NCBI GenBank assembly: GCA_039587315.1
Contig: JBDHIS010000001.1
Span: 39-64,038 of the forward strand
Length of the DNA stretch: 64,000 nucleotides
Direction of reading: 5' to 3'
Source of the DNA: Gemmatimonadota bacterium
GTDB lineage: Bacteria; Gemmatimonadota; Gemmatimonadetes; Gemmatimonadales; GWC2-71-9
Numbering within the stretch: position 1 is the first letter of the stretch; every line of letters begins with the position of its first letter. Below, one piece after another: positions 37,547 to 47,115 of this stretch. The position numbers and the translations under genes were made by a program. The notes under the pieces were generated by a model. The model saw nothing but the letters and a program-made list of their open reading frames with translations, was not told the DNA's origin and did no database searches.

Positions 37547-39475
37547 TTGATGAGACCCTCCAAGCTCGCAACGACCCTCAGCCTGCTCACGATACTCGGG
37601 ACCGGCGTTTCCTTCGCCCAGGATCCGGTGCCTCCCCCGGAGGCTCTCGAGGGAGCCTTCCCGGCGCAGAAGCACTTCTCCCCCTACGCCGGGCGCAACT
37701 TCCCGACCCAGGTGTACTGGGGCGACACGCACCTGCACACGGGCATGTCCATGGACGCGGGCGCCTTCGGCGCGCGGCTCAGCCCGGAGGACGCGTACCG
37801 CTTCGCGCGCGGCGAGGAGCTCACTTCCTCCACCGGCCTGCAAGTGAGGCTGGGCCGGCCGCTCGACTTCCTCGTCGTGGCCGACCACTCCGACAACATG
37901 GGCTTCTTCCCGCGTCTCTACGCGGGCGAGCCTGACATGCTCGCCGATCCCACTGGCCGCCGCTGGTACGACATGATTCAGGAGGGTGGTCAGGCCGGAG
38001 TGCAGGTAGCCATAGAGGTCATTCAGGCGTTTTCGGACAACGAGTTCCCTGAGGCCCTGGCATCCCTTCCCGGAACCCCCGCCTATCGCTCGGCATGGGA
38101 AGAAGCGATCGACGCAGCCGAGAAGTACAATGATCCGGGGGAGTTCACCGCGTTCATCGGCTACGAGTGGACCTCCAACACGCGCGGCGCCAACCTGCAC
38201 CGTGTAGTGATCTTCCGTGACGACGGCCACCGGGCCGGCATGGTGGAGCCGTACACGACCCTCAGGCCGCTTGGCAGTGACAACCCGCGCGACTTGTGGC
38301 GCCAGCTGCAGGCGTACGAAGACAAGACCGGCGGCCAGATCCTCGCGCTGGCGCACAACGGCAATCTGAGCAACGGCATCATGTTCCCGATGCTGGACAC
38401 GTTCACCGGCATGGCGTTCGACCGCGAGTACGCGGAGACCCGTGCCAAGTGGGAGCCCCTCTACGAGGCCACCCAGATCAAGGGCGACGGCGAGGCACAC
38501 CCCTACCTGTCGCCGACCGACGAGTTCGCCGACTACGAAACGTGGGACCAGGGCAATCTCGACTTGAGCGAAGCCAAAGAGAACGAGATGCTGCAGTACG
38601 AGTACGCCCGGACGGGACTCCAGATCGGGCTCCAGCTCGAGCGGCAGCTCGGAGTCAACCCGTACAAGTTCGGCATGATCGGCTCGACCGACAGTCACAC
38701 TGGCCTCGCCACCGCTGAGGAGGAGAACTTCTTCGGCAAACACTCCGGCACCGAGCCGAGCCCCGAGCGCTACAAGCACCCAATGGCCCAGCTGGGTGAC
38801 AAGAAGTACGAGAGCTGGGACATGGTCGGCTCGGGCTACGCGGCAGTGTGGGCCACCGAAAACACGCGCGAAGCGATCTTCGACGCCATGATGCGCCGGG
38901 AGACCTACGCCACCACAGGGCCGCGCATGCTGGTGCGCTTCTTCGGGGGCTGGGAGTTCACGGCAGAGCACGCGCAGAGCAGGCTTCCGGCCAACGTCGG
39001 CTACACCAAGGGCGTGCCGATGGGCGGGGACCTGCCCGCGAGATCGGGCAATGGGGCGCCGACGTTCCTAGTGGCCGCGCTCAAGGATCCGTTCTCGGGC
39101 AACCTGGACCGGATCCAGATCGTGAAGGGCTGGCTGGACTCGCGGGGCGAGCGCCACGAGAAGGTTTATGACGTGGCGTGGTCTGGCGATCGGCAGATCG
39201 GACGCGACGGCAAGCTGCCGCCTGTAGGCAACACTGTGGACGTCGCCAACGCGACCTGGGCCAACACGATCGGTGCGCCGGAGCTGATCACGGTGTGGAC
39301 CGACCCCGACTTCGACGCGTCGCAGTCCGCCGTGTACTACGCGCGCGTGATCGAGATCCCCACTCCGCGCTGGACGGCGTACGAGGCAGCACGGTTCAAC
39401 ATCACGCTGCCATCGGAAGTTCCGATGATCACTCAGGAGCGGGCCTACACCTCGCCGATCTGGTATACTCCGTAG
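37547..39475 (+). CDS. secreted DUF3604-like (PHP-like metal-dependent) protein
   Basis: Signal peptide MMRPSKLATTLSLLTILGTGVSFAQ. YWGDTHLHTGMSMDAG, VVADHSDN, FIGYEWTS and GSTDSHTG match the DUF3604 pattern as I remember it. Confidence 0.75.
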   Translation: MMRPSKLATTLSLLTILGTGVSFAQDPVPPPEALEGAFPAQKHFSPYAGRNFPTQVYWGDTHLHTGMSMDAGAFGARLSPEDAYRFARGEELTSSTGLQVRLGRPLDFLVVADHSDNMGFFPRLYAGEPDMLADPTGRRWYDMIQEGGQAGVQVAIEVIQAFSDNEFPEALASLPGTPAYRSAWEEAIDAAEKYNDPGEFTAFIGYEWTSNTRGANLHRVVIFRDDGHRAGMVEPYTTLRPLGSDNPRDLWRQLQAYEDKTGGQILALAHNGNLSNGIMFPMLDTFTGMAFDREYAETRAKWEPLYEATQIKGDGEAHPYLSPTDEFADYETWDQGNLDLSEAKENEMLQYEYARTGLQIGLQLERQLGVNPYKFGMIGSTDSHTGLATAEEENFFGKHSGTEPSPERYKHPMAQLGDKKYESWDMVGSGYAAVWATENTREAIFDAMMRRETYATTGPRMLVRFFGGWEFTAEHAQSRLPANVGYTKGVPMGGDLPARSGNGAPTFLVAALKDPFSGNLDRIQIVKGWLDSRGERHEKVYDVAWSGDRQIGRDGKLPPVGNTVDVANATWANTIGAPELITVWTDPDFDASQSAVYYARVIEIPTPRWTAYEAARFNITLPSEVPMITQERAYTSPIWYTP

Positions 39476-39496
39476 GCCGGAGACGGCACCGAGACC

Positions 39497-39532
39497 ACCA
39501 CGCCACCGGCCTTCACGGGTCGGTGGCGTGGT
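39497..39532 (+). other. 12-bp perfect hairpin between the DUF3604-like and PPIase-like genes
   Basis: ACCACGCCACCG (39497-39508) pairs with CGGTGGCGTGGT (39521-39532) across a 12-nt loop. No U-tract follows. It could be an attenuator, an RNA processing site or an mRNA stability element. Confidence 0.35.
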
Positions 39533-39555
39533 CCACATCCGAGACTGTGAGACAG

Positions 39556-40452
39556 ATGCGCACCACCATCGCAACCTCGCTTCGCGAGCCCTTGGTGCAG
39601 TTCGTCGCTCTAGGGGTCGCCCTGTTCGCCCTCTATGGAATGCTGGGAGGCGGGGACTCTGACGCGACCGACGAAAAGCGCGTCGACGTGACTCAGGCCG
39701 AGATCGGCTGGCTGAGCGAGCGTTGGAGCCGTCAGTGGCAGCGTCCCCCGACCGAAGCCGAGCTGCGTGGTCTGGTGGACGACTACGTGCGCGAGGAGGT
39801 GCTGTACCGCGAGGCCCTTGGCATGGGCCTCGACCGCGACGATGCGGTCGTTAGACGTCGTATGGTGCAAAAGCTGGAGCTCCTCACCGAGGCCGTGCAG
39901 GCGCCGGCCACCGAACAGCAGCTGCAGGCCCACTTCCAGGAGAACCTGGACCGGTACATCATCCCCGAGGCGCGCAGCTTCTCGCACATCTACTTCAACG
40001 TTGATCAGCGCGGCGATGCGGTGTTCTCGGACGCGGAGCGAGTGCTGGATCGGTTGCGCGCCCTTTCCCAGCAGCCGTCCCGTGCGCCCGAGCGCGGCGA
40101 CCGCTTCCTGCTGCAGTACGATTACCGGCTGCACACCGAGGCCGAGGTGGCGCGCCTCTTCGGGAGCCGCTTTGCAGAGGCCCTGTTCGAGGTCGAGCCA
40201 GATTCGTGGCAGGGTCCGATCCAGTCGGGTTACGGCTTGCACCTGGTGTACGTGTCGGACGTGGGCGCAGAGGCAGTGCCGGAATTCCAGCAGGTGCGAA
40301 ACCGCGTTCTGGTGGATTACGAGGTCAAACAGCGCAACGATGCCAAGGAAGCGCTGTATCGAGGCCTCTCCGAGAGCTATGAGGTGACGATCGACGAAGA
40401 GGCCGTGCGCGCGGCTTCGATTCAAACCGAGTCCGGCGGGGCGAGCCGCTGA
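39556..40452 (+). CDS. membrane-anchored PpiC-type peptidyl-prolyl isomerase-like protein
   Basis: ATG 39556. N-terminal TM helix LVQFVALGVALFALYGML. LRGLVDDYVREEVLYREALGMGLDRDD and WQGPIQSGYGLHLVYV are typical of Rotamase_2-type proteins. Confidence 0.65.
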   Translation: MRTTIATSLREPLVQFVALGVALFALYGMLGGGDSDATDEKRVDVTQAEIGWLSERWSRQWQRPPTEAELRGLVDDYVREEVLYREALGMGLDRDDAVVRRRMVQKLELLTEAVQAPATEQQLQAHFQENLDRYIIPEARSFSHIYFNVDQRGDAVFSDAERVLDRLRALSQQPSRAPERGDRFLLQYDYRLHTEAEVARLFGSRFAEALFEVEPDSWQGPIQSGYGLHLVYVSDVGAEAVPEFQQVRNRVLVDYEVKQRNDAKEALYRGLSESYEVTIDEEAVRAASIQTESGGASR

Positions 40453-40466
40453 GCACGCGCCTCTGT

Positions 40467-42668
40467 TTGTGGACGCTCGCCCTCGGTGTGGCTCTCGCCG
40501 CAACGCCCGCGCGAGCCGACGACGTGCGACCCGTTCAGGTGCATATCGTCGAGCGAGAGCCGGGCAACTTCCTGGTTCAGTGGCTCGTGCCACAGCTGCT
40601 GCCGATCCGTGCAATGCCGAGTCCGGTGCTGCCGGCCCATTGCCGCCCGGAGGGCGAGCGGGTCGTGCTCGAGCGGCCGGGTGCGTGGCTCAACCGGCAG
40701 GCATATCGCTGCTCGGGAGGCCTGTACGGACAAGAGCTCGGCATCAGCTACCCCATCTCAAACCCCGGGCTCACCACCGTCATCCGCCTCGACCTGCTTT
40801 CGGGCGAGCGGTTCGCCCACGCGCTCAATCCCACGGATGATTCATGGCAGGTGCCGGAAGAGAACCTGGGTGCGGTGGAGTCCTGGCTGCGGGACGCCCG
40901 CGGCGCAGTCATGGAGGGAGCGCAGCACATAGCGGGCCACTGGGTGCACGTGGCATTCCTGCTGGCCCTGGTACTGCTGGGGGCATCGGTCGGAACCGTC
41001 CGACTCGTAACCGCTTTCGCGGTGGGACAGGTCGCGGCAGTCGCTGTGACCACGATGCTGGGCCGTCAATTCGATCCCATGGCGGCGGAGGTTTGCGTCG
41101 CCATCGCCGTGGCGCTGCTAGCGAGGGAGTCGCTGCGCCCAACACCCGACTCGAGGCGAGTCACCGGACTTGCCGCCGGCGCCGGCCTGTTCCACGGGCT
41201 CGCCTTAGCCTGGCTGCTTCCGGGAGGTGCCGTTGCGGCGGGCGATTCCGCTTCGTTGTGGGCCGTCCTCGTCCTCGTTCTGGGGATGGACGCCGCACTC
41301 CTGGTGTTGGCAGCAGTTGCCCTTTGGCTGGGTCGGATCATCGAGCGGCAGTGGCCGTCGGGAAAGCCGCGGCGTGTGATCACCTACGTCGTGGGCGCGA
41401 CGGCCGTGACCGCAGCGTTGGCTCTCGCGTTCGGCGAGCGGGCAGCCGACTCGCAGGTCGCGGCGCCGAGCACGAGACTGCCCGGCATGGCGGGCGCCGC
41501 CCCGGTCGGGGCGCAGGCGTCGCGGCGACTCGCGCCGCGGGCCCCGAGCTCTCCGGTCCAGAGCTATCTGGCTGTGGAGCCGTTCGAGGTGCGGCACGAG
41601 GTGCTGGTTCGCGTGCAGGACGTGGCACGCGAGATCGGCATCAGCGCCGCAGCGAGCGGCTATGTAGAGATCAGCGTGCAGGACGTCGTCGTTCGCCGCA
41701 TCGCCGACTACGTCGGCTCGCACTCGATGGTCGAGATAGATGGAGAGCCAGCGAACGGCATCGTGGATCGCGTGAGCTTCATGGCCGTGGATGCCCAGGG
41801 CGTGTTGCCGCGGCAGAGCCCGGTGCGTGAGTCTCTCGACGAGGCATTCGTTGGAGTGACCGTGGTCTACCTGACTCCCGGCATGCCCGGCGAAGTCGTG
41901 CTTGCCTGGGACGTGCTGGCTGAAGGCGCGCCACCGATTCCCGCTACCGTGATAGATCCGGAGTCGTCTCGTACCATGGCGCTCACCGTCGAGGCGCCCG
42001 CGCTACGCTGGACGAACGAGCTACTCGAGGATCCCATCCCAACGATTACAGCGGTTGCCGTCGAGCCGCCGACGCTGCCTTTACCAATGCTCTCGCTGGC
42101 GCTGTTTGCGCTGGCCATCGCTCTAGCGGTAACCACCGTGCGTGGTGGCAGGAATGCGACCGCATTCGCTGCGGTGCGCGTGACCCTCGCTCTTGCACTC
42201 GCCGCCGCTACGGTCGCGCAGGTCGCGATCGCGCTGCCAGCTTCTATCGCCCGGACTACCTCCTCCGATCAGGCAAGGCGTGTACTGGCAAGCGTGCTCC
42301 CGAACGTGTACCGGGCGCTCGACTTCCGCGACGAGGGCACGGCGTACGATCGCCTCGCGCTGACCGTCACTGGTGAAACGCTGAGCGACATCTACCTTGA
42401 GCACCGCCGCTCGCTCGAGCTGGAGGAGAGAGGCGGTGCGCGCGCGCGGGTGGACGCCGTCGAAGTGCAGGACGTGCGGGACGTGCGACCCACCGAGGAC
42501 GGCGGCTTCGAGGCCACTGCCTCGTGGACCGTCGGCGGCAGCGTGACGCACTTCGGGCACCGGCACTTTCGGCAGAACCGTTACGACACGCGCGCCGTAG
42601 TCGTACCGGTGGACGGCAACTGGAAGATTCGCTCGATCGAGATTCTCGAGCAGGAGCGTGTGCGGTAA
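40467..42668 (+). CDS. HupE/UreJ-like polytopic membrane protein with a long additional C-terminal region
   Basis: Signal-like N-terminus. GAQHIAGHWVHVAFLLALVLL matches the GxxHIxxGxxHxxFLLxL motif of HupE/UreJ_2-type proteins. About 5-6 TM helices, then a soluble segment, two more TM helices and a roughly 150-aa C-terminal domain. Confidence 0.6.
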   Translation: MWTLALGVALAATPARADDVRPVQVHIVEREPGNFLVQWLVPQLLPIRAMPSPVLPAHCRPEGERVVLERPGAWLNRQAYRCSGGLYGQELGISYPISNPGLTTVIRLDLLSGERFAHALNPTDDSWQVPEENLGAVESWLRDARGAVMEGAQHIAGHWVHVAFLLALVLLGASVGTVRLVTAFAVGQVAAVAVTTMLGRQFDPMAAEVCVAIAVALLARESLRPTPDSRRVTGLAAGAGLFHGLALAWLLPGGAVAAGDSASLWAVLVLVLGMDAALLVLAAVALWLGRIIERQWPSGKPRRVITYVVGATAVTAALALAFGERAADSQVAAPSTRLPGMAGAAPVGAQASRRLAPRAPSSPVQSYLAVEPFEVRHEVLVRVQDVAREIGISAAASGYVEISVQDVVVRRIADYVGSHSMVEIDGEPANGIVDRVSFMAVDAQGVLPRQSPVRESLDEAFVGVTVVYLTPGMPGEVVLAWDVLAEGAPPIPATVIDPESSRTMALTVEAPALRWTNELLEDPIPTITAVAVEPPTLPLPMLSLALFALAIALAVTTVRGGRNATAFAAVRVTLALALAAATVAQVAIALPASIARTTSSDQARRVLASVLPNVYRALDFRDEGTAYDRLALTVTGETLSDIYLEHRRSLELEERGGARARVDAVEVQDVRDVRPTEDGGFEATASWTVGGSVTHFGHRHFRQNRYDTRAVVVPVDGNWKIRSIEILEQERVR

Positions 42669-42693
42669 CGGACGCACGCAGCGAGGACGGACC

Positions 42694-43227
42694 ATGACCG
42701 AACCCGGTACCCAGACTCAGACTGCCGTTCCCAAGGGCCGCCTCGTGGTAGGCGGCACGATCTTCGTGGCGGGGTTCCTGGCCCCGGCACTGATCCCTCT
42801 CGTCGCGGCATCCTCCCTGCCAACCGGCTGGAAGGCGACACTCTCCGGTCTGCTGGCCCTCGGCATCCCCGAACTGGGAATGCTGGTGGCAGTGGCCGTG
42901 ATGGGAAAGCCTGGCTTCGCGTTCCTGAAGGCGAGGCTGGGCCGCTTCCTGAAGCAGTACGGTCCGCCGGCCACGGTGAGCCCCGTCCGGTACCGCATCG
43001 GTCTCGTAATGTTCACTCTCCCGCTGTTTGTCGCCTGGGCGACGCCGTATGCGCCCTACCTGCTGCACGGGCTCGATCTCAACCAGCTTCCCGTTGCCAT
43101 AGGTGGAGACGTGATGATGCTGGCCAGCCTCATCGTGCTGGGCGGCGACTTCTGGGACAAGCTGCGGTCACTGTTCGTACGTGAATCGAGAGCGCGCTTT
43201 CCTGGCGGTGCCCAGTCGAGCCTCTGA
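42694..43227 (+). CDS. small membrane protein (transporter-suffix-domain-like)
   Basis: ATG 42694 follows GAGGACGG. Four predicted TM helices. The N-terminal KGRLVVGGTIFVAGFLAPALIPLV...GIPELGMLVAVAVMGKPGFAFLKARL pattern fits this family. Confidence 0.5.
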   Translation: MTEPGTQTQTAVPKGRLVVGGTIFVAGFLAPALIPLVAASSLPTGWKATLSGLLALGIPELGMLVAVAVMGKPGFAFLKARLGRFLKQYGPPATVSPVRYRIGLVMFTLPLFVAWATPYAPYLLHGLDLNQLPVAIGGDVMMLASLIVLGGDFWDKLRSLFVRESRARFPGGAQSSL

Positions 43228-43242
43228 AGTGGAGAGAACGCA

Positions 43243-43893
43243 ATGACGACACCACAGCACGACCCCTCGCGACCCCACAAGGAGGAGCGCGCGACGCTGC
43301 AGCTCAGCCGCCTGGAGCGCCTGAGCGACGTCGTGTACGCACTTGTGCTGCTGCGCATCTTCCTGCTCATCCCGCGGCCGGGCGAGGGCGACTGGCATTG
43401 GGACGCCATCGGCCCCTTCGTGCTGGACAACCGGATGACGTTCGTGGCGGTCGCGGTCGCGCTCGCCGTCACGATCATCTACTGGCTGCAGAACAACGTC
43501 CTGCTGAGCCACCTCGAGCGGACCGATGCGCGCCACACATCGCTGATGATCGTACAGCTCTTCTGTCTCTTGATCTTCCTCTACGCCATCGGCCTCGGGA
43601 TCGCGCTGGGAGCGTCGCCCGGCGCGAGGGCATTCGAGAGCATCACGGCTGCCCTGCTCGGAATCTCGGGCGGCTGGGCGTGGCAGTACGCCATCAAGAA
43701 CCGCCGGTTGCTGAGGCCCGACGTAACGGACGATGAGGCTCGCGCGCTGGCACACCGCATCACCGCCGAGCCCATGACCGCGCTGGTCACCATTCCATTG
43801 GCCTACGTGGGTCCCATCGTGTGGGAGCTCTCCTGGCTGAGCTATCCGTTGTGGGTCGCGCTGCTTAGGCGGCGCGGGCGGCGCACTGCGTGA
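43243..43893 (+). CDS. TMEM175/DUF1211-like potassium-channel family membrane protein
   Basis: RLERLSDVVYALVLLRIF resembles the RxxxFSDGVFAIAITLL signature helix. Six TM-like segments. Confidence 0.6.
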   Translation: MTTPQHDPSRPHKEERATLQLSRLERLSDVVYALVLLRIFLLIPRPGEGDWHWDAIGPFVLDNRMTFVAVAVALAVTIIYWLQNNVLLSHLERTDARHTSLMIVQLFCLLIFLYAIGLGIALGASPGARAFESITAALLGISGGWAWQYAIKNRRLLRPDVTDDEARALAHRITAEPMTALVTIPLAYVGPIVWELSWLSYPLWVALLRRRGRRTA

Positions 43894-43896
43894 GAG

Positions 43897-43933
43897 CCCG
43901 TCCCGCCTCCACCTTCCGCTTCGGCGCGACGGG
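43897..43933 (+). terminator. possible terminator hairpin after the TMEM175-like gene
   Basis: CCCGTCCCGCC...GGCGCGACGGG forms 10 bp with one mismatch and a 15-nt loop. No U-tract follows. Confidence 0.3.
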
Positions 43934-44056
43934 AGCCTGGCGAGTTGCCGCCCGGCACACATTGAGACTGATCCTGGCCTCTGGCGCACGGGTCCAGCGG
44001 GGGCCGGATTTTGACGCCGTTTCGCTGTTGTACCAGTATCGCTGGTGAGGGTCGTG

Positions 44057-44884
44057 ATGATCGTGAGGAGAATGCGATACGCCGCTTGCGTTGCATTGGC
44101 CGCTGCTGCCCTTGGCTGCGCGCCGCCTGCCGACCAAACGGAGCACGCTACTCTCCAGCGCACCGCGCACTGGAGCTACGAGGGTGAAGATGGGCCTGCG
44201 CATTGGGCCGAGCTCACCCCCGACTATGCCGCTTGTGCGGAGGGTCGGCGCCAGTCTCCCATCGACCTCGCCGACGCGGAATTCATCGCCGGCCCCGCGG
44301 CCCAGATGGAGTACCAGCCCGCAAGCCTGCGCGCCGCACGCAACGAGCATGCCGTGGACCTGGTGGACAACGGTCATACCATCCAGTTCACGTACGACGA
44401 GGGTAGCACGCTGCAACTGGACGGCACGGACTACGAGCTGCTGCAGTTCCACATCCACGTCCCCAGCGAGCACACGGTCGAGGGGCGCCGCTTCCCAATG
44501 GAGGTGCACCTCGTACACCAGAGCGCCTCGGGTGAGTTTGCGGTGGTAGGTGTCGTGATCGAAGAGGGGGAGAGCGATCCAGGTGTATACCCGCTCGTCG
44601 AGAACCTGCCGGTCACCCCCGGCGCCAGCGTGCGCCTCGAGAACGTCAGGGTGGACATCGACGAACTGCTCCCCCTCGACCCCCGGTACTACCGCTACGA
44701 AGGCTCGCTCACGACGCCCCCCTGCAATGAGGGAGTGCACTGGCTCGTGATGTTCGAGCCGGCCGAGCTCACGCCGGAGCACATCGAGCGGTTCCGGGCG
44801 CTTCTTGACGGTACGAACCGGCCGCTGCAGCCGCGACACGACCGCAGGGTCGCAATTCAGATCGGAGCCGACGCCGACTCATGA
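44057..44884 (+). CDS. alpha-class carbonic anhydrase, probable lipoprotein
   Basis: HWSYEGEDGPAHW, QSPIDL, LQFHIHVPSEHTVEGRRFPMEVHLVH (alpha-CA signature) and GSLTTPPCNEGVHW. LAAAALGC is a lipobox. The start is uncertain among 44045, 44057 and 44072. Confidence 0.88.
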   Translation: MIVRRMRYAACVALAAAALGCAPPADQTEHATLQRTAHWSYEGEDGPAHWAELTPDYAACAEGRRQSPIDLADAEFIAGPAAQMEYQPASLRAARNEHAVDLVDNGHTIQFTYDEGSTLQLDGTDYELLQFHIHVPSEHTVEGRRFPMEVHLVHQSASGEFAVVGVVIEEGESDPGVYPLVENLPVTPGASVRLENVRVDIDELLPLDPRYYRYEGSLTTPPCNEGVHWLVMFEPAELTPEHIERFRALLDGTNRPLQPRHDRRVAIQIGADADS

Positions 44885-46500
44885 CGCGCACCGGCGCGAT
44901 CGTCCTCGCACTTGCCGCAGCCGCCTCCACCCCGCTGCGGGCGCAAGAGTCCGTACCGGTCATTGACACCATCATCATCCACACGGCGGACGTGTTCACG
45001 CCGCAAGAAATGGAAGGAAAGGGCTTTTTCCGCTTCCTTAACTCGATACACATCATAACGCGGGAGAACGTGATCCGGGACGAGCTGCTGTTCCGGGAGG
45101 GCGACCCGTTCGACGAGACGGTGTTCCGCGAGACGGCGCGCAACCTGCGCAAGCGGGAGATCTTCAAACGGGTGGACATAGACACGACCCGCATCGACGG
45201 CAAGTTCGCAGTCATCGTGGACACGCAGGACGGCCAAAGCCTCAAGCCGAACTTCAGCTTCTCGGTGGCGACCGACGGCAGCTGGACGGGTCGCCTCGGA
45301 GTCACCGAGAGCAACCTGCTGGGAACGGGAGCTCTCGCCAGCATCGTCTACGTGAAGGAGATCGAGCGGCACGGTCCGCAGCTGGCCGCCAACTTCCGGC
45401 GCCTGTTCGGATCACAGATCCGCGCCAAGGGCATCGTGAGCCTCTGGAACGACGGCACCGACGGCTGGTGGCGCCTGGGAGACCCGTTCTATTCGAACGA
45501 AGACAGGTACAGCGTGGAATACGACGGCGAGGCCTCGGGCCGCCGTGTGCTCGAATACCGCATAGACAGTACAGGATTCAGGGACACGACCTTCTATCGG
45601 CGTGATGCCCTTATCAACCGGTTCATGGGTGTCACGGCTCCAATCGCGGAGTCCAAACGCTACCTGCGCCTGGGCCTCGACGCCTGGCTGAGGCAGGAGA
45701 AATTCATCTTGCTGCAGGACTCCGGGCAGTCAGTGCCCGACAGCCTCTACGCGGCCTTCGGTCTGTGGGCCGAGCTGAAGTCCGCGCGGTTCCAGACGGT
45801 GCGCTACTTCAACGGGTTCATCAACGAGGACATTGATCAGAGCCCCCGGGTGAAGCTGTTCGTCAACCTGGCGCCCGCCAACCTGGGCTACGAGCGCACA
45901 GGCATCGTCCCCGGACTCGACGCATCCTACGGGACCGGGGGGGCCAGGAGCTTCTTCGTTGTGAATCTGAAGGCCCACGGCCTGTTCACCGATGCGGGGC
46001 TGGACTCCGGACGTGTGGAAGCGAACCTGACGCTGGGCACTCTGATCGCGAGGCGGCACTCGACGGCCATCTACATCCTGGCCGGAGTGCAGGAAAACCC
46101 GCCGCCCGGGCAGCAGTTCTCACTCGGCTTCAACACGCCGCCGCGCAGTTGGGAGGCCAACTCGTTCGTCGGGACCCGCGCCCTGTGGGGTACTCTGGAA
46201 CATCGCTGGTTCGCGGTGGACGACTTTCTGAAGCTGTTCGCGGTGGGGCTCGCGGCGTTCGTAGACTACGGGGGCGCCTGGTACCCGGACCAGAAGCCGC
46301 GCTTCGGGGGAGACTTCGGGATCGGGTTGCGGATGGGAAGCGCGCTCGGCACGGTTGCGCGCACGGGCCGCATAGACCTCGGCTACCGTTTCGGTCAGGG
46401 GTCGGACGTTGGCAGCCGCCTGGTGCTCTCGATCGGCGGATCGTTTGTGTTCCCGTGGAATCCGAAGGCGACGGACCTAGTACAGCGGGAGGGGGCCTGA
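44881..46500 (+). CDS. Omp85/BamA-TamA family outer-membrane protein (POTRA + barrel)
   Basis: ATGA overlap with the carbonic anhydrase gene. Signal peptide MTRTGAIVLALAAAASTPLRAQ. POTRA-like ITRENVIRDELLFREGDPFDETVFRETARNLRKREIFKRVDIDT. C-terminal barrel ending ...LSIGGSFVFPW. Confidence 0.72.
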   Translation: MTRTGAIVLALAAAASTPLRAQESVPVIDTIIIHTADVFTPQEMEGKGFFRFLNSIHIITRENVIRDELLFREGDPFDETVFRETARNLRKREIFKRVDIDTTRIDGKFAVIVDTQDGQSLKPNFSFSVATDGSWTGRLGVTESNLLGTGALASIVYVKEIERHGPQLAANFRRLFGSQIRAKGIVSLWNDGTDGWWRLGDPFYSNEDRYSVEYDGEASGRRVLEYRIDSTGFRDTTFYRRDALINRFMGVTAPIAESKRYLRLGLDAWLRQEKFILLQDSGQSVPDSLYAAFGLWAELKSARFQTVRYFNGFINEDIDQSPRVKLFVNLAPANLGYERTGIVPGLDASYGTGGARSFFVVNLKAHGLFTDAGLDSGRVEANLTLGTLIARRHSTAIYILAGVQENPPPGQQFSLGFNTPPRSWEANSFVGTRALWGTLEHRWFAVDDFLKLFAVGLAAFVDYGGAWYPDQKPRFGGDFGIGLRMGSALGTVARTGRIDLGYRFGQGSDVGSRLVLSIGGSFVFPWNPKATDLVQREGA

Positions 46501-46505
46501 GCCGC

Positions 46506-47078
46506 CTAGTAGTCCTCCCGTGACGCGAGGTACTGGGTGGCGAACGCTACGGCCTCCTCCGGCTTGAGCGCGATCGCCTCGGCCTCAGCGCGAGCGTCGT
46601 CGATCTCCCAGCCGTCCTCGAGCACACGTTGGATCATCCATAAGGCGGCCACGCGGGTCGCCGAACCGCAGTGGATGTAAACCGGCTGGTTTCCCTCGTC
46701 CCCCACCGCAGCCAGAAAGTCTCCGACTACCTGAGGGTCCGCGTCCCTGGAACTGAAGGGCATGTGGATGTAGTCCAGCCCGGCTGCCTGCGCCGCGGCG
46801 CGAGCGGAATCCACGTTGACACCCTCTTCGGTCGCGAAGCGAAGGTTGATCACCGAAACGAACCCCTCGCTCTTCAGCCAGGCCATCGCGGACGGATCGG
46901 TCGCGCCTCCGAACCCGACCGTCGGGCCGCCGAACCCCGCGTTGGAGTCGAGTCGTGAGAAGTTCCGGATGCCCGGTGCGTCGACCTTCTGTACCTGCGG
47001 AGTGGCCGGCGCCCCGCTGCACGCGGTGACGGCCGCGGCCGCCACGGCTGTGACGACTCCGACGATTCGACGCCTCAT
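46506..47078 (-). CDS. lipoprotein with Cys-X5-Arg phosphatase-like domain (DUF442/dual-specificity phosphatase-like)
   Basis: AAAVTAC is a lipobox. The active-site-like motif is YIHCGSATRV (HCX5R). Confidence 0.6.
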   Translation of the reverse strand: MRRRIVGVVTAVAAAAVTACSGAPATPQVQKVDAPGIRNFSRLDSNAGFGGPTVGFGGATDPSAMAWLKSEGFVSVINLRFATEEGVNVDSARAAAQAAGLDYIHMPFSSRDADPQVVGDFLAAVGDEGNQPVYIHCGSATRVAALWMIQRVLEDGWEIDDARAEAEAIALKPEEAVAFATQYLASREDY

Positions 47079-47115
47079 CGCTACACCTCCTGGTTCAGCA
47101 AAGACACGACCATCA

